48,571 nt of DNA. Source: Candidatus Thorarchaeota archaeon (lineage in GTDB: Archaea; Asgardarchaeota; Thorarchaeia; Thorarchaeales; Thorarchaeaceae). The notes under the pieces were generated by a model. It saw only the letters and a list, made by a program, of their open reading frames with translations. It was not told where the DNA came from and made no database searches. Where the stretch lies: contig RDNZ01000020.1 in assembly GCA_011364905.1 (NCBI GenBank), forward strand, positions 1 to 48,571. The letters are read 5' to 3'. Below, one piece after another: positions 18,787-27,966 of the stretch. How positions within the stretch are numbered: the first letter of the stretch is position 1; each line of letters opens with the position of its first letter. A program made the position numbers and the translations under genes.

Positions 18787-19212
18787 ATGGTATCAAGGTC
18801 TCTTGAGAAAATGATGCTCATTGCAATTGGACTTTCGACCGCTGTAATTGTTGGAGTCCCAATATTGATGTATGCTATTAATACTCTCAGTTTAACGTCA
18901 CAACTCCAAGAGGCTCAGCTTGCTGCTGAGCAAATTCATAATGTAACAAGAAATGTGGATACCGGCATGTCCAATACGACCAGCACCACAATTTGGATTA
19001 ATCCAGGATTATCTGTGACAGCAAATGGGAACATCCTGATTGTGGCCTATAATGAAGAGGGAGCAGCGCCAAAGACATGGTCGGCGAGCTATAACCATGA
19101 TATAGTGATTGACCATTCCATTTTGACAGCGAGTATCAGAGTTCTGTATTCTATGGAGGCCAGTCTAGTTGGAGAAGTCATTCACATTGCGTTTCTAGAA
19201 GTGCCAATCTGA
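18787..19212 (+). CDS. Hypothetical protein with N-terminal TM helix (pilin-like architecture)
   Basis: MVSRSLEKMMLIAIGLSTAVIVGVPILMY hydrophobic helix followed by a beta-rich domain. Confidence 0.6.
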   Translation: MVSRSLEKMMLIAIGLSTAVIVGVPILMYAINTLSLTSQLQEAQLAAEQIHNVTRNVDTGMSNTTSTTIWINPGLSVTANGNILIVAYNEEGAAPKTWSASYNHDIVIDHSILTASIRVLYSMEASLVGEVIHIAFLEVPI

Positions 19213-19300
19213 ATGCTAGACTACTAGATATTAAGAGCACAATGTTTTTAATCTGGGTTCAGGTTGACGGCGCCAACTCCCTCGGTGAGGACTGATAGCA

Positions 19301-20359
19301 ATGGCAGAGGATGCCGAGAGTATTGACGAAGCTGGTGCAGACGAAGAAGAGTCCGAACCAGAGGAAGAAACGCCAGAGGAAGAAATGCCGAAGGAGAAAA
19401 AGCCAAGAAAGTTCGGAGTTGGAAAAAACCCTCTGGGTTTGATCCTAAACATAAGGATGTTCCGCAGAATCTTCCAGATTCTTGCATTCATAGGGGTCAA
19501 TGGCTATATTCTTCTAGCATGGTTCCATATGCCCAATGTTCAAGCATTCTGGGTATCCATCTGGCAAAACATGCCCGCATTGCCAATCCTGGCGCCACTG
19601 GAGGCGCCGTTTGCTGTCATCGCAGGCTCATTCGATACAATGATTCGAGAGTTTTCCACTGGGATTTTTCCATTCTTCACCCTTGGTGCGTTGTTAATAA
19701 TCAGCATCGTTGTCGGTAGAGCCGCTTGCGGATGGATATGTCCAATCGGAACAATCCAAGACTTTGTTACATTACCAAAGCGTACGAAAATACGCCCATC
19801 AGCAAGTACCGAGAACGAACTCCGTAAGGTGAAGGCATACGTCTTCGTCATTGTAGCATTCTTTGCTGTCTGGGTGGGCTTTTCTAGAATCACTGGCACA
19901 TCTGACGCTCTTGTGAGTATACTGGGAGAAGACCTCGCCCATGATGTGTTCGCTCCTCTGAATCCAGCCTATATTCTGTTTGTTCTTCTGCCAATGCAAG
20001 AATGGCCAACGGGACTGGGCACCCTATGGTACTTCCAAGCGTGGGGATGGCCTTTCGTGCAGATGGTCTTTGTCATCATAGTATTTTTCATCTCAGTCTG
20101 GATGCCCCGTTGGTTCTGCAGATGGCTTTGTCCAGCAGGATGGTTCTATAGTATCTTCTCACGTAATGCTCTGATTGGAATAGGGAGAAATCCTGCTCGA
20201 TGCACACCTGACACATGCAATGTCTGCGAAGTTGTGTGCCCAATGAATATACGAATCCGGAAGTTCCCATACAAACATATGTACAGCCCAGACTGCATAC
20301 TGTGCTTAGATTGCAAAAGTCACTGCCCAAACAATGCGATTGTTTTGAGGGTTTCATAG
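19301..20359 (+). CDS. Membrane polyferredoxin (NapH/MauN/YccM-like 4Fe-4S binding protein)
   Basis: GRAACGWICPIG, RWFCRWLCPAG, C..CNVCEVVCPM, DCILCLDCKSHCP; TM helices; acidic N-terminal tail. Confidence 0.88.
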   Translation: MAEDAESIDEAGADEEESEPEEETPEEEMPKEKKPRKFGVGKNPLGLILNIRMFRRIFQILAFIGVNGYILLAWFHMPNVQAFWVSIWQNMPALPILAPLEAPFAVIAGSFDTMIREFSTGIFPFFTLGALLIISIVVGRAACGWICPIGTIQDFVTLPKRTKIRPSASTENELRKVKAYVFVIVAFFAVWVGFSRITGTSDALVSILGEDLAHDVFAPLNPAYILFVLLPMQEWPTGLGTLWYFQAWGWPFVQMVFVIIVFFISVWMPRWFCRWLCPAGWFYSIFSRNALIGIGRNPARCTPDTCNVCEVVCPMNIRIRKFPYKHMYSPDCILCLDCKSHCPNNAIVLRVS

Positions 20360-20713
20360 ATCCAGGGTGCTTGTATTATCAAGAACATTACGGAAGGCAC
20401 TGTTGATATCCGCATACATTTCCATGAGCTTGAGACCCTGCTCGGTGATTCTTGCACCCCCGCCACCTTCAGTGCCACCCTTGAAGGTCGCCACAAGCGG
20501 GATGCCCAGCTTCTTTTCAATCTTCTTGATGACTCCCCAGGCATAGCGATATGACATTTTCAGTTTCATGGCGCCTTGGGTTATGGTGCCTTCCTCATGG
20601 ATAGACTTGAGTATTGCATAGGCTCCGGGTCCAAAGATATACTGACCATCTCGTTCAAACCAGAGTTTGTAATCGGGTACAAGATTGACTGCACTTCGGT
20701 CCTTTGGGCTCAT
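20354..20713 (-). CDS. ModE-type winged-helix regulator (HTH only)
   Basis: FGPG..ILKSIHEEGTI..MSYRYAW..IEKKLG..GGTEGGGARIT..G. Confidence 0.88.
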   Translation of the reverse strand: MSPKDRSAVNLVPDYKLWFERDGQYIFGPGAYAILKSIHEEGTITQGAMKLKMSYRYAWGVIKKIEKKLGIPLVATFKGGTEGGGGARITEQGLKLMEMYADINSAFRNVLDNTSTLDL

Positions 20714-20771
20714 TCAGAATCACTCCACTCACAAGGTCTCGGGACCAGATCTGCAATTCAATCTGTGGGTC

Positions 20772-20999
20772 CTAGTGACCCCATCTTAGTCGTTCTGGTT
20801 TCGTAGTATCTTTCTTGTACACTTTCTTCACTGCTTTCCAATGGTCTGCACACAAGTGAACAGTCCGGGATCGTGCATCTTTCACCCTGAGATTGGATTT
20901 TGCCACAGACTCAGCAATCCGGTCTCTCTTCATAGATCTCTTTGAGGGCTTCCTGCAACCAACTATACTGCAAATCTTATCCTCTGACACTTGGGACAC
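20772..20999 (-). CDS. Small basic Zn-finger protein
   Basis: CSIVGC...HLCADHWK; 75 aa. Confidence 0.7.
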   Translation of the reverse strand: MSQVSEDKICSIVGCRKPSKRSMKRDRIAESVAKSNLRVKDARSRTVHLCADHWKAVKKVYKKDTTKPERLRWGH

Positions 21000-21048
21000 T
21001 TCAAGGGGATTACGAGTTGCAAGGCATTATAACTATAGCGCATTGATA

Positions 21049-22047
21049 TTAAGTATTCAAATTTCGGGGGGTAAGAACGCCACCTTTTGTGAAATCAAAG
21101 AGCACACGTTCGTCGTCGCCAAGTTTGAGTTTGAAGGATTTCGAGTCATCTACATGACCAATCATTGCGGTTGTGAGCCCGTGACTATTTGAAACTCGTT
21201 TGACTTCTGGAAGATTCTCCTCAGAAGTCGCTACAAGAAATCCCAAGGAGATGAACATGCGAATCCAATCTTCCAAAGGAATTTCAGCGGGTTTCGATGA
21301 GTCAAGCGCGTCCAGACTCAATGTACCTCCGCATCCGGAGTATTCTAGCATCATTCCGGCAGTACCAATCACACCAGCTACGGATACATCCTTTGCAGCC
21401 ATCAGTATCTGTGCATCAGCAAGCTCGTTCATTACGGAAAGCCTATGAACAACATCTTCGGAGGACCGACCGGTCACCGAGTCCCAACCGAGATGATAGC
21501 TCGCTCCACGGTGTCCATCAGTGTCAAATAGGAGCACCAAGAGATCACCTGATCTGGCACCTCCTGCTGTGAGGAGACTCTCTTTCCTCACGGTGCCTGT
21601 TGCTGACCCTACAACATATGTAGAGCTCGAACTTGGATTTGTATGACCTCTGACAATGGGCACCTTGAAGGTCTGAGAGCCATTAATCAATCCATCAAGC
21701 AAAGCCTCTCCAATTGCGGGGTCGGAATATGACAGGGCTACTGCAAAAGACGTTGGTGTTCCTCCCGCCGCGTAGATATCCATCATATTAGCAAGAACTA
21801 CGTTGAATCCTGCGGCTTGAGGAGAGTTCAGACAGAGGTGTTCTACGATTGCGTCTGTAGTCAAAAGTACGTATTCATCTGATGTGGTTAGTATCGCCGC
21901 AGAGTCCTCTCCAAGACTATGTGGTGAGTTTCCATTAAAAGATTCAAGCCTAAGTCTATCGATAATAGAAGGAAGCACAAATTTCCTTGAGATTCCATCA
22001 AAGCTCAAGAGGAGCTTCAATATCTCATCAAGACTATTCAAGTCCAA
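21049..22047 (-). CDS. AIR synthase (PurM-like) superfamily protein (ThiL/HypE/SelD-related)
   Basis: GEDSAAI, LTTD, ANMMDIYAAGG, VRGHT, AKDVSVAGVIGT. Confidence 0.85.
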   Translation of the reverse strand: MDLNSLDEILKLLLSFDGISRKFVLPSIIDRLRLESFNGNSPHSLGEDSAAILTTSDEYVLLTTDAIVEHLCLNSPQAAGFNVVLANMMDIYAAGGTPTSFAVALSYSDPAIGEALLDGLINGSQTFKVPIVRGHTNPSSSSTYVVGSATGTVRKESLLTAGGARSGDLLVLLFDTDGHRGASYHLGWDSVTGRSSEDVVHRLSVMNELADAQILMAAKDVSVAGVIGTAGMMLEYSGCGGTLSLDALDSSKPAEIPLEDWIRMFISLGFLVATSEENLPEVKRVSNSHGLTTAMIGHVDDSKSFKLKLGDDERVLFDFTKGGVLTPRNLNT

Positions 22048-22057
22048 TCACTCAATA

Positions 22058-22198
22058 CTAGGGAGCTGGTGCCGCTGGGCCAGTAAGAAAGCCAGCAGCA
22101 AAAGCAGCTTGGCCAAGTAGAATACCTATTCCAAGAAGCGATATTCCAACCATGAAGTAGATGAGCGCTCTCATCTCAGGGCGGACTTCCTCAAACAC
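22058..22198 (-). CDS. Small single-TM membrane protein (46 aa)
   Basis: Not in ORF track. GTG start with GGTGA RBS; MFEEVRPEMRALIYFMVGISLLGIGILLGQAAFAAGFLTGPAAPAP; fills the gap in a co-directional run. Confidence 0.6.
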   Translation of the reverse strand: MFEEVRPEMRALIYFMVGISLLGIGILLGQAAFAAGFLTGPAAPAP

Positions 22199-22275
22199 TT
22201 TGGTTCACCATCGCTGAACAGCGAGCCTCGTGCTACTTATAGACATTGCGTAACGAGTTGTTGTTACTGAGTGCC

Positions 22276-22578
22276 TTATTGTCTTAGCTTGAATTTTCTT
22301 GCAATCTCCTTGGGTACAGTATCCGGATAGGAGTCGTCAAATTTGACTTGTGCTTGTGTCTGGGCAGGTATAGATGTCTTAGTGCACCTTGCGTCCTGAG
22401 ACATCTTACGTATGGCACACTTGGAGTGAACGCACCACCCCTGGTCGCACTCCTCGTCAATCCAAGTACACCAGACAATTTTCTTGCCTCCTTGATTCTT
22501 AATTTTAAGAGCAGGAGGTTTCCTTTCGCAAATGAATTTCTCACACAGAGCTGTACATTCCACTTTGCTGTCGACCAT
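22276..22578 (-). CDS. Small Cys-rich putative metal-binding protein
   Basis: Start re-called at MVDSKVEC to avoid overlap; 8 Cys (CTALC..IC..WCTWIDEEC..WC..C..C). Confidence 0.65.
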   Translation of the reverse strand: MVDSKVECTALCEKFICERKPPALKIKNQGGKKIVWCTWIDEECDQGWCVHSKCAIRKMSQDARCTKTSIPAQTQAQVKFDDSYPDTVPKEIARKFKLRQ

Positions 22579-22606
22579 TGCTGAACACTCCAATGTTCTC
22601 TTGTGG

Positions 22607-23407
22607 TCACCTCTTCTCAGCAATCCTGAGTAACGATATGAGTTGTTCCCGGCCACCTTCTACAATTCGAATATTCCTTTCAAGACGTGTCTTTGATGAG
22701 TCATAGCTGTTTCTAGGGATATCACCAATCTTGAACCTGGCTTCAATCCTGCTTACTTCCTTGTCAAGACGCTTCAGCGTCTTTTTGATCCCCTTTAACC
22801 AAGTCTTTGCATTCTTTATTGCAGTTTTGAGATTATTCCGTGATTCTTTGATAGAGTGAAGTATCTCAGCCCGCTGTTCCTTGTAGACCCCCTTGTCAAG
22901 AGTTCCTGAGATTTCCTCAAGTTTCGCCAGTCGCGCTTCATCATTATCCAGTGCTTCAAGTATTTTTTCTAGAACTAAGGAGGAAGAAACAGCTGCGAGT
23001 TCTCTCCGACGGTTTTTCGTCTTCTCGAACTCCTTACGTAATTCCTCAGCTCTCATGGTGAGTACCTGTTTGTCTGCTTGTTGAAGTTGGAGGGCTTGTC
23101 TTGTTGCTTTTGTCCTGTCGATGATGCTATCAAGTTCTAAATCTACTACTTTCAGCTCAGACCTTGACAAAAGTACGATTGCAGCTTGTTGTTCCATGTC
23201 CTCGATTGTGATATCAAAATGAGGAAGGGCTACTGGTTCTGGTTCCTGAACTGGAGCAGTTGGAGTAGGCGCCTCTTCAGGCCGAGATTCAATGTCTGAA
23301 GAATCTGGAGGAACTTCCGCAGTAAGTGGCTTTCCACAAATCTTACAGAATCGTCCCTCAGGAACCTCTGAACCACAAGAAGGACATGTGATAAGCGGGT
23401 CGGACAT
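22607..23407 (-). CDS. Zinc-ribbon plus coiled-coil protein with CdvA-like C-terminal motif
   Basis: CPSCG..FCKICG, Pro-rich linker, long heptad region, IEARFKIGDIPRNSY (resembles the CdvA GEI...Y motif). Confidence 0.6.
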   Translation of the reverse strand: MSDPLITCPSCGSEVPEGRFCKICGKPLTAEVPPDSSDIESRPEEAPTPTAPVQEPEPVALPHFDITIEDMEQQAAIVLLSRSELKVVDLELDSIIDRTKATRQALQLQQADKQVLTMRAEELRKEFEKTKNRRRELAAVSSSLVLEKILEALDNDEARLAKLEEISGTLDKGVYKEQRAEILHSIKESRNNLKTAIKNAKTWLKGIKKTLKRLDKEVSRIEARFKIGDIPRNSYDSSKTRLERNIRIVEGGREQLISLLRIAEKR

Positions 23408-23473
23408 GGCTTTGCTCCATCCATGATAAAGGTCTGATTCGGACAGAAGTCCGAGACATAATTGATCTTTTCT

Positions 23474-23791
23474 TCATGTTAGTGAGCCCAATCGACTAGT
23501 CACTTCATCTAGCTGGGCTTTTGTTGTGACTATTGTATTTGCACCATAGGTTGGTAAGACCTTCAGCTCCTCTACAAGAAGAGCTATTGCCTTAGTGGAA
23601 TCAATCTCCTTCTTATCTATGGAACCATCAGGAAATGTCAATGATGCCTCAACCCAACTTGTTTTGGTTTCATCGGATGGGAAGAGACAGTAGATATAGT
23701 CGTCATTACTGCAGATGAACGAGGGAGTATTCTCCCAAGCCTGTGCCAACAGTATACCAAAAGCCTTTGCGTTTTCAGCTTTATCAGCCAT
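23474..23791 (-). CDS. Hypothetical protein
   Basis: Start re-called at MADKAENAK; 105 aa, AWENTPSFICSNDDYIYCLFP. Confidence 0.65.
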   Translation of the reverse strand: MADKAENAKAFGILLAQAWENTPSFICSNDDYIYCLFPSDETKTSWVEASLTFPDGSIDKKEIDSTKAIALLVEELKVLPTYGANTIVTTKAQLDEVTSRLGSLT

Positions 23792-23864
23792 CAGGATAAC
23801 CTCTGGGGCCAGATGTTGTAACGGAGAAGGAAACAGCCAACTTAAAACTTTCTCAGTTAGCCAA

Positions 23865-24428
23865 CTAGGGTCTATGCCAGACAAAGGAGTAGTATGCGAC
23901 CTCTGCAGTTTCCTTGACGGTAGCTATGATGAATTTCTTCCTGACACTTGTGGCTAGCCTGCCTGCACGAACGATATCAAGTGGAACTACACCTTTCCTT
24001 TGAGGGATGACATGGACCAGAAAAGGTGCATGGTCCTTTCCGGGACCACGTTCATACACCGCAAAATCAGTCCCAAACTTCAACCCTGGTCGAACTACAT
24101 ATCCACGTTCACGTAGTTGCGAATAGACAATATACCGATCTCTGAACTCATCAGACCATTTGGATCCGAGTTGTAGAAGGTCTTCAACGCTCAGAATAGA
24201 GTCATCGTTATGCCGGTGTACATTCAGCCTGCGTTTCTCTGTGAGGTACACACATTCAATCAATGACAGCTCAAGAGGTTTATCAAAGGAGGCGGTCTTG
24301 GGTTTTCGAATTCCAACAGGCTGACCAAAATAGCCTTCCTTATACAGTTGCATGCCATCTTCCGGTTTCCAAACAATCCCTCTATCGCCAACCAACCTTG
24401 CATCCGCGATAGGAGATGTTTCGTTCAA
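23865..24428 (-). CDS. endA: tRNA-intron endonuclease (catalytic subunit)
   Basis: LELSLIECVYL, VYSQLRERGYVVRPGLKFGTDFAVY..GP..HA, RLATSVRKK (Tyr-His-Lys triad). Confidence 0.95.
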   Translation of the reverse strand: MNETSPIADARLVGDRGIVWKPEDGMQLYKEGYFGQPVGIRKPKTASFDKPLELSLIECVYLTEKRRLNVHRHNDDSILSVEDLLQLGSKWSDEFRDRYIVYSQLRERGYVVRPGLKFGTDFAVYERGPGKDHAPFLVHVIPQRKGVVPLDIVRAGRLATSVRKKFIIATVKETAEVAYYSFVWHRP

Positions 24429-24444
24429 TCATGACACCCGTAAA

Positions 24445-25164
24445 TCAAGTGTTGAGAGTGAGTGAAAGCGTTCTAATGACCAGTGCAGCATCTTCAGCGA
24501 AATTGGCCAAGTCTTCAAGCATGTTGATGCAATCACGAAATCTGAGCGTGACAGCGGTTGGAATATCCAATGGGTACAAGAGGGACACGATTGTTCTCTG
24601 TACCACATCAATCTCCTTCTCGAGCTTACATATCTGGTCAGCACGTTTCTTCGACTCGTCCATGTTTATGGACAAGAATCTCACAGCCTCACGCTGTTCT
24701 GCAACCTGAGCGCTCATTAATTGTACGAACTTTGCTACACTCTCTTTTAATTCGCCTTCAGGGGTCCATTCTCCAACGACTGCAGCCAAGTGATAGCATG
24801 CAATCTCAGACCCATCAATTAGCTTGTCATTATAGAATACGAGCTTGAGCAGGTCTTCGCGATGCATCAGGGTGCTTGCTTTTGCTAGCTCATTGAGAAT
24901 GGTACGTTTCAAAGCATCGCCCTTCTCTTCAAGAGATGTTATCTTATCGAGATCCTCCTTGCCAATTGACTTCTTACCCTCAAGCCATTCGGTGATTGAA
25001 TTGATCACGATCTTGTTAGCTGATACAGCGACACGAAAGTGCTCATCCAACATCTGTGTGATGTTTCCTAGTTCTGAACTCAGGAATCTGCCATTATCAA
25101 GTACCATGTTACTCACCCTGTTGAGCTGAGTCGATTGGAGTAGCTTTTTAATTCTTCTGGACAA
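24445..25164 (-). CDS. DUF47/PhoU-like phosphate transport regulator
   Basis: LEEKGDALKR, REDL..D..ID, LEKEID, EDLANFAEDAA repeats. Confidence 0.85.
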   Translation of the reverse strand: MSRRIKKLLQSTQLNRVSNMVLDNGRFLSSELGNITQMLDEHFRVAVSANKIVINSITEWLEGKKSIGKEDLDKITSLEEKGDALKRTILNELAKASTLMHREDLLKLVFYNDKLIDGSEIACYHLAAVVGEWTPEGELKESVAKFVQLMSAQVAEQREAVRFLSINMDESKKRADQICKLEKEIDVVQRTIVSLLYPLDIPTAVTLRFRDCINMLEDLANFAEDAALVIRTLSLTLNT

Positions 25165-25188
25165 CGAACACGACAGAGGAAAGGAACA

Positions 25189-25983
25189 ATGGACCTCTGG
25201 CTAATCATAGTTGCACTCCTGCAGGGACTCATAGAATGGCTCCCAATAAGCAGCGAGGGGCAGGTAGTGCTATTTCTGTACAACTTTGCGTCTGTACCCA
25301 CAGGGGAGATTGTTTCCCTAGTAGTATGGCTTCACCTTGGAACCGCATTGGCGGTTGTAGTAAGATACCCCAGGGTTATACTAGACATATTAACTCTCAA
25401 AGACAAGACCCTGCTCAGACTCCTTATTATAGCCACGCTAGCGACAGCTGTCGCAGGACTGCCTCTCTATGTTTTCCTGAAAGAAAGCCTAACACCAACT
25501 CATGGAGAACTTCTGAATGTACTTGTGGGATTCTTGCTCCTAATCACAGCAGTAGTTCTGTATCTACCGACTAGAAGAGGGGAGGAAGATAGTGACACGG
25601 AACGGGAGATTGAGAATCAAGAAGCAGTAACAACAGGTCTAGTGCAAGGACTAGCGGTCCTTCCAGGGTTGAGCAGGTCGGGGGTCACAATTTCAGCACT
25701 TCTCATGCAGAGAATAGACAAGGAAACTGCCATGAAGTTCAGTTTCTTGATGAGTGTGCCTGCAGTGGTGGCGATACTTCTGTTGGAGATAGTTTCAGGA
25801 AGTACTCTTCCTTCAAGTGTTGGACCCTTGGATTTCGTCTTAATGGAGGGTATTGTTTTTGTGACCGGCCTTGTTTCAATGGAGGCACTACTGAGGCTAA
25901 CACGAAGAGTCAGTTTCTGGAAACTTTGCCTAGTACTCGCAGTTCTTGCAATACTTTTCGGAATCCCAGCCCTCATCCCATAA
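25189..25983 (+). CDS. uppP: Polyprenyl-diphosphate phosphatase (UppP/BacA family)
   Basis: QGLIEWLPISSEG, HLGT, QGLAVLPGLSRSGVTI, FSFLMSVPA. Confidence 0.92.
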   Translation: MDLWLIIVALLQGLIEWLPISSEGQVVLFLYNFASVPTGEIVSLVVWLHLGTALAVVVRYPRVILDILTLKDKTLLRLLIIATLATAVAGLPLYVFLKESLTPTHGELLNVLVGFLLLITAVVLYLPTRRGEEDSDTEREIENQEAVTTGLVQGLAVLPGLSRSGVTISALLMQRIDKETAMKFSFLMSVPAVVAILLLEIVSGSTLPSSVGPLDFVLMEGIVFVTGLVSMEALLRLTRRVSFWKLCLVLAVLAILFGIPALIP

Positions 25984-25989
25984 AAGCTG

Positions 25990-26709
25990 CTACTCGTGAC
26001 GTTTCTGGAACATGATGGCAATAGGGGAATTGGCCTTTCGCCACTCAGCTAGTTTCCCTTCATAGTTGAGAGGAATGGGATGACGACCATGGTTACCAAT
26101 GACAATAAACAATGTTCCAACTCTTGCTTGTCTGAGTAGGACCTTGATCCAGTTGTCTGTACGTCGCACAATCTTCTCGAGAAGTGTCTTGGGGGGTGTT
26201 CTGTGGCCATATTGTGCGTAAAGGCTTTCAAAATCCAGGAAATGAAGGTATAGGAGCTCGCTCTTTGCAATGTGTTTTGTGGCCTCGACATAGGTGGCCA
26301 TATCATCACGAGGACGTACAGTATATGAGGGATCAAAGTCGAATTGACTCATATCTTCTTCGCGGCAGATGACACGTGTCATTTTTCCGTGGTTCTTGAT
26401 ATACTGAATAAGGTGGAAGTCGGTTCTGTGGCCTTTTAGAAGTCTTTTGATGAGGGGTAACGCGTAAGGATCTGTGGTTTCCAACAGAGCTAGAACTTCC
26501 ATGTTCTTAATGAGCGCTTCAGGTTTGTAAACTACTGCTTCGAAGAGCCCGAAGTTGTCAATCATTACTATGACAACAGCCTTTGGGTTGAATTTTTTCA
26601 GCAACTCGTCATTTGGAGGAAAGAGCCCCTCAGGAATCTCGACTCTCAGGAGTTTCAAGACTGTCGCAGGAAACTCCAATGCTGTGGTTCGGACCTGTGG
26701 AAACGACAT
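25990..26709 (-). CDS. Degenerate alkaline-phosphatase-superfamily protein
   Basis: VIVMIDNFG, YLHFLDFES..AQYG, TLFIVIGNHG are remnants of the AP/NPP motifs. Confidence 0.65.
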   Translation of the reverse strand: MSFPQVRTTALEFPATVLKLLRVEIPEGLFPPNDELLKKFNPKAVVIVMIDNFGLFEAVVYKPEALIKNMEVLALLETTDPYALPLIKRLLKGHRTDFHLIQYIKNHGKMTRVICREEDMSQFDFDPSYTVRPRDDMATYVEATKHIAKSELLYLHFLDFESLYAQYGHRTPPKTLLEKIVRRTDNWIKVLLRQARVGTLFIVIGNHGRHPIPLNYEGKLAEWRKANSPIAIMFQKRHE

Positions 26710-26879
26710 TCAACTTTCCTCGATGTGCTCTTGGTTCAATCCTACTCGCACTCAAGAAGCTTGTGCATTTGCAAAGATTGTTGTTTTCACTCTTGCGGTG
26801 TTCCTCAGGCTTCTTTAACCTATGGCCTATGGAAGGGTTAAATACCTTGACGGAAGGAGGGTGCATAAGAGGCAGGTCG

Positions 26880-27842
26880 ATGACCCTTCGGGATATTGTT
26901 TACAAAGATACAGTCAAGTTCATTCTCTCCGGCGGAAAAGGAGGAGTGGGAAAAACTAGCAGCGCTGGAGCGATGGCTGTGTTATCAGCAAGACATGGAT
27001 TCAGAACTCTAGTGCTCTCGACAGATCCCGCACATAGTCTCAGTGATAGCTTTGACCAAGACCTTTCGGGCGGAGAGGTAATTCCGATAGAAGGGTTTGA
27101 TAACCTCTGGGGGATGGAGATAAACACCGAGAAGGGAATGGAAGAATTCCAGCAGGTAATCGGTGACGGAGCTGTGGGTCCAGAAGCACAGATGGCAGCT
27201 GGATTAATGGGCGACATGACAGGGATGGCACCTCCTGGTGCAGATGAAGCCATGGCATTCGGCAAAATCCTTGAATTCATAGAGGATTCATCATATGACA
27301 GGGTAATTTTCGACACAGCACCAACGGGGCACACTCTCAAGCTTCTTGAGCTGCCCGACCTTCTGGATAGCTGGCTTGGGAAAATCCTCACATTAAGACA
27401 ACGTCTGAGTTCCATGATGGGAGCCCTACGAGGTATGTTAGGTGGAGGTGACCAAGAAGACAATTCTTGGAAGATGATTCAGCAGACAAAGGACAAGATT
27501 CGTGCAGCAAGGATCGAACTCTCTGACCCGGATACAACACAATTCGTTGTCGTGATGATCCCTGAAGCGATGGCTGTCTTTGAAACCCAGAGATTGCTTG
27601 CAAGTCTGAACTCATGGCATATCCCCGCCACTCATCTTATCATCAACCAACTTGTCCCTCCAAATCCTTCATGTCCATTCTGCTCCAAACGACATGAGAT
27701 GCAGCAGTCCAACCTTGTGGATATTCGAGAACTCTACTCTGATATGGATTTAACAGAGGTCCCACTCTTTGATGGAGAAATAAGAGGTATTGAAGGTCTT
27801 ACAAGGTTAGGAGAGATACTCATAGGTGAAGAGGCCGATTGA
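26880..27842 (+). CDS. Get3/TRC40-type ArsA-family ATPase
   Basis: Start re-called at 26880 (GGAGG upstream); GGKGGVGKT, STDPAHSLSD, PPGADE, FDTAPTGHTL, CPFC; single ATPase domain. Confidence 0.92.
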   Translation: MTLRDIVYKDTVKFILSGGKGGVGKTSSAGAMAVLSARHGFRTLVLSTDPAHSLSDSFDQDLSGGEVIPIEGFDNLWGMEINTEKGMEEFQQVIGDGAVGPEAQMAAGLMGDMTGMAPPGADEAMAFGKILEFIEDSSYDRVIFDTAPTGHTLKLLELPDLLDSWLGKILTLRQRLSSMMGALRGMLGGGDQEDNSWKMIQQTKDKIRAARIELSDPDTTQFVVVMIPEAMAVFETQRLLASLNSWHIPATHLIINQLVPPNPSCPFCSKRHEMQQSNLVDIRELYSDMDLTEVPLFDGEIRGIEGLTRLGEILIGEEAD

Positions 27843-27844
27843 AA

Positions 27845-27955
27845 ATGAAACGCTCCCTTAAGATCAAAGTTGCAGCGGTCTGTTTCCTACTGCTGTTTCT
27901 GATATCATTTGCAATAGCACTCTCTCTAACATATGCGCCATGGCTCTGGTTCTAA
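27845..27955 (+). CDS. Putative 36-aa single-TM micro-protein
   Basis: Not in ORF track. ATG 2 nt after the Get3 stop; MKRSLKIKVAAVCFLLLFLISFAIALSLTYAPWLWF. Confidence 0.5.
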   Translation: MKRSLKIKVAAVCFLLLFLISFAIALSLTYAPWLWF

Positions 27956-27966
27956 CACTAGAAAAA

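Noticed and set aside
21049-22125. PurM-like gene as the missing SelD, given an in-frame TGA immediately before its TTG start
   Set aside because: Read-through gives ...QRHQLPSIE-U-LDL with no (C/U)xxK SelD motif. The upstream frame is closed by a TAG without a good start and overlaps a better small ORF.
26613-26879. N-terminal extension of the Get3 ORF (likewise the hdrA 33812 and hdrC 36333 extensions)
   Set aside because: These extensions overlap neighbouring genes or promoters; downstream ATGs match family N-termini.
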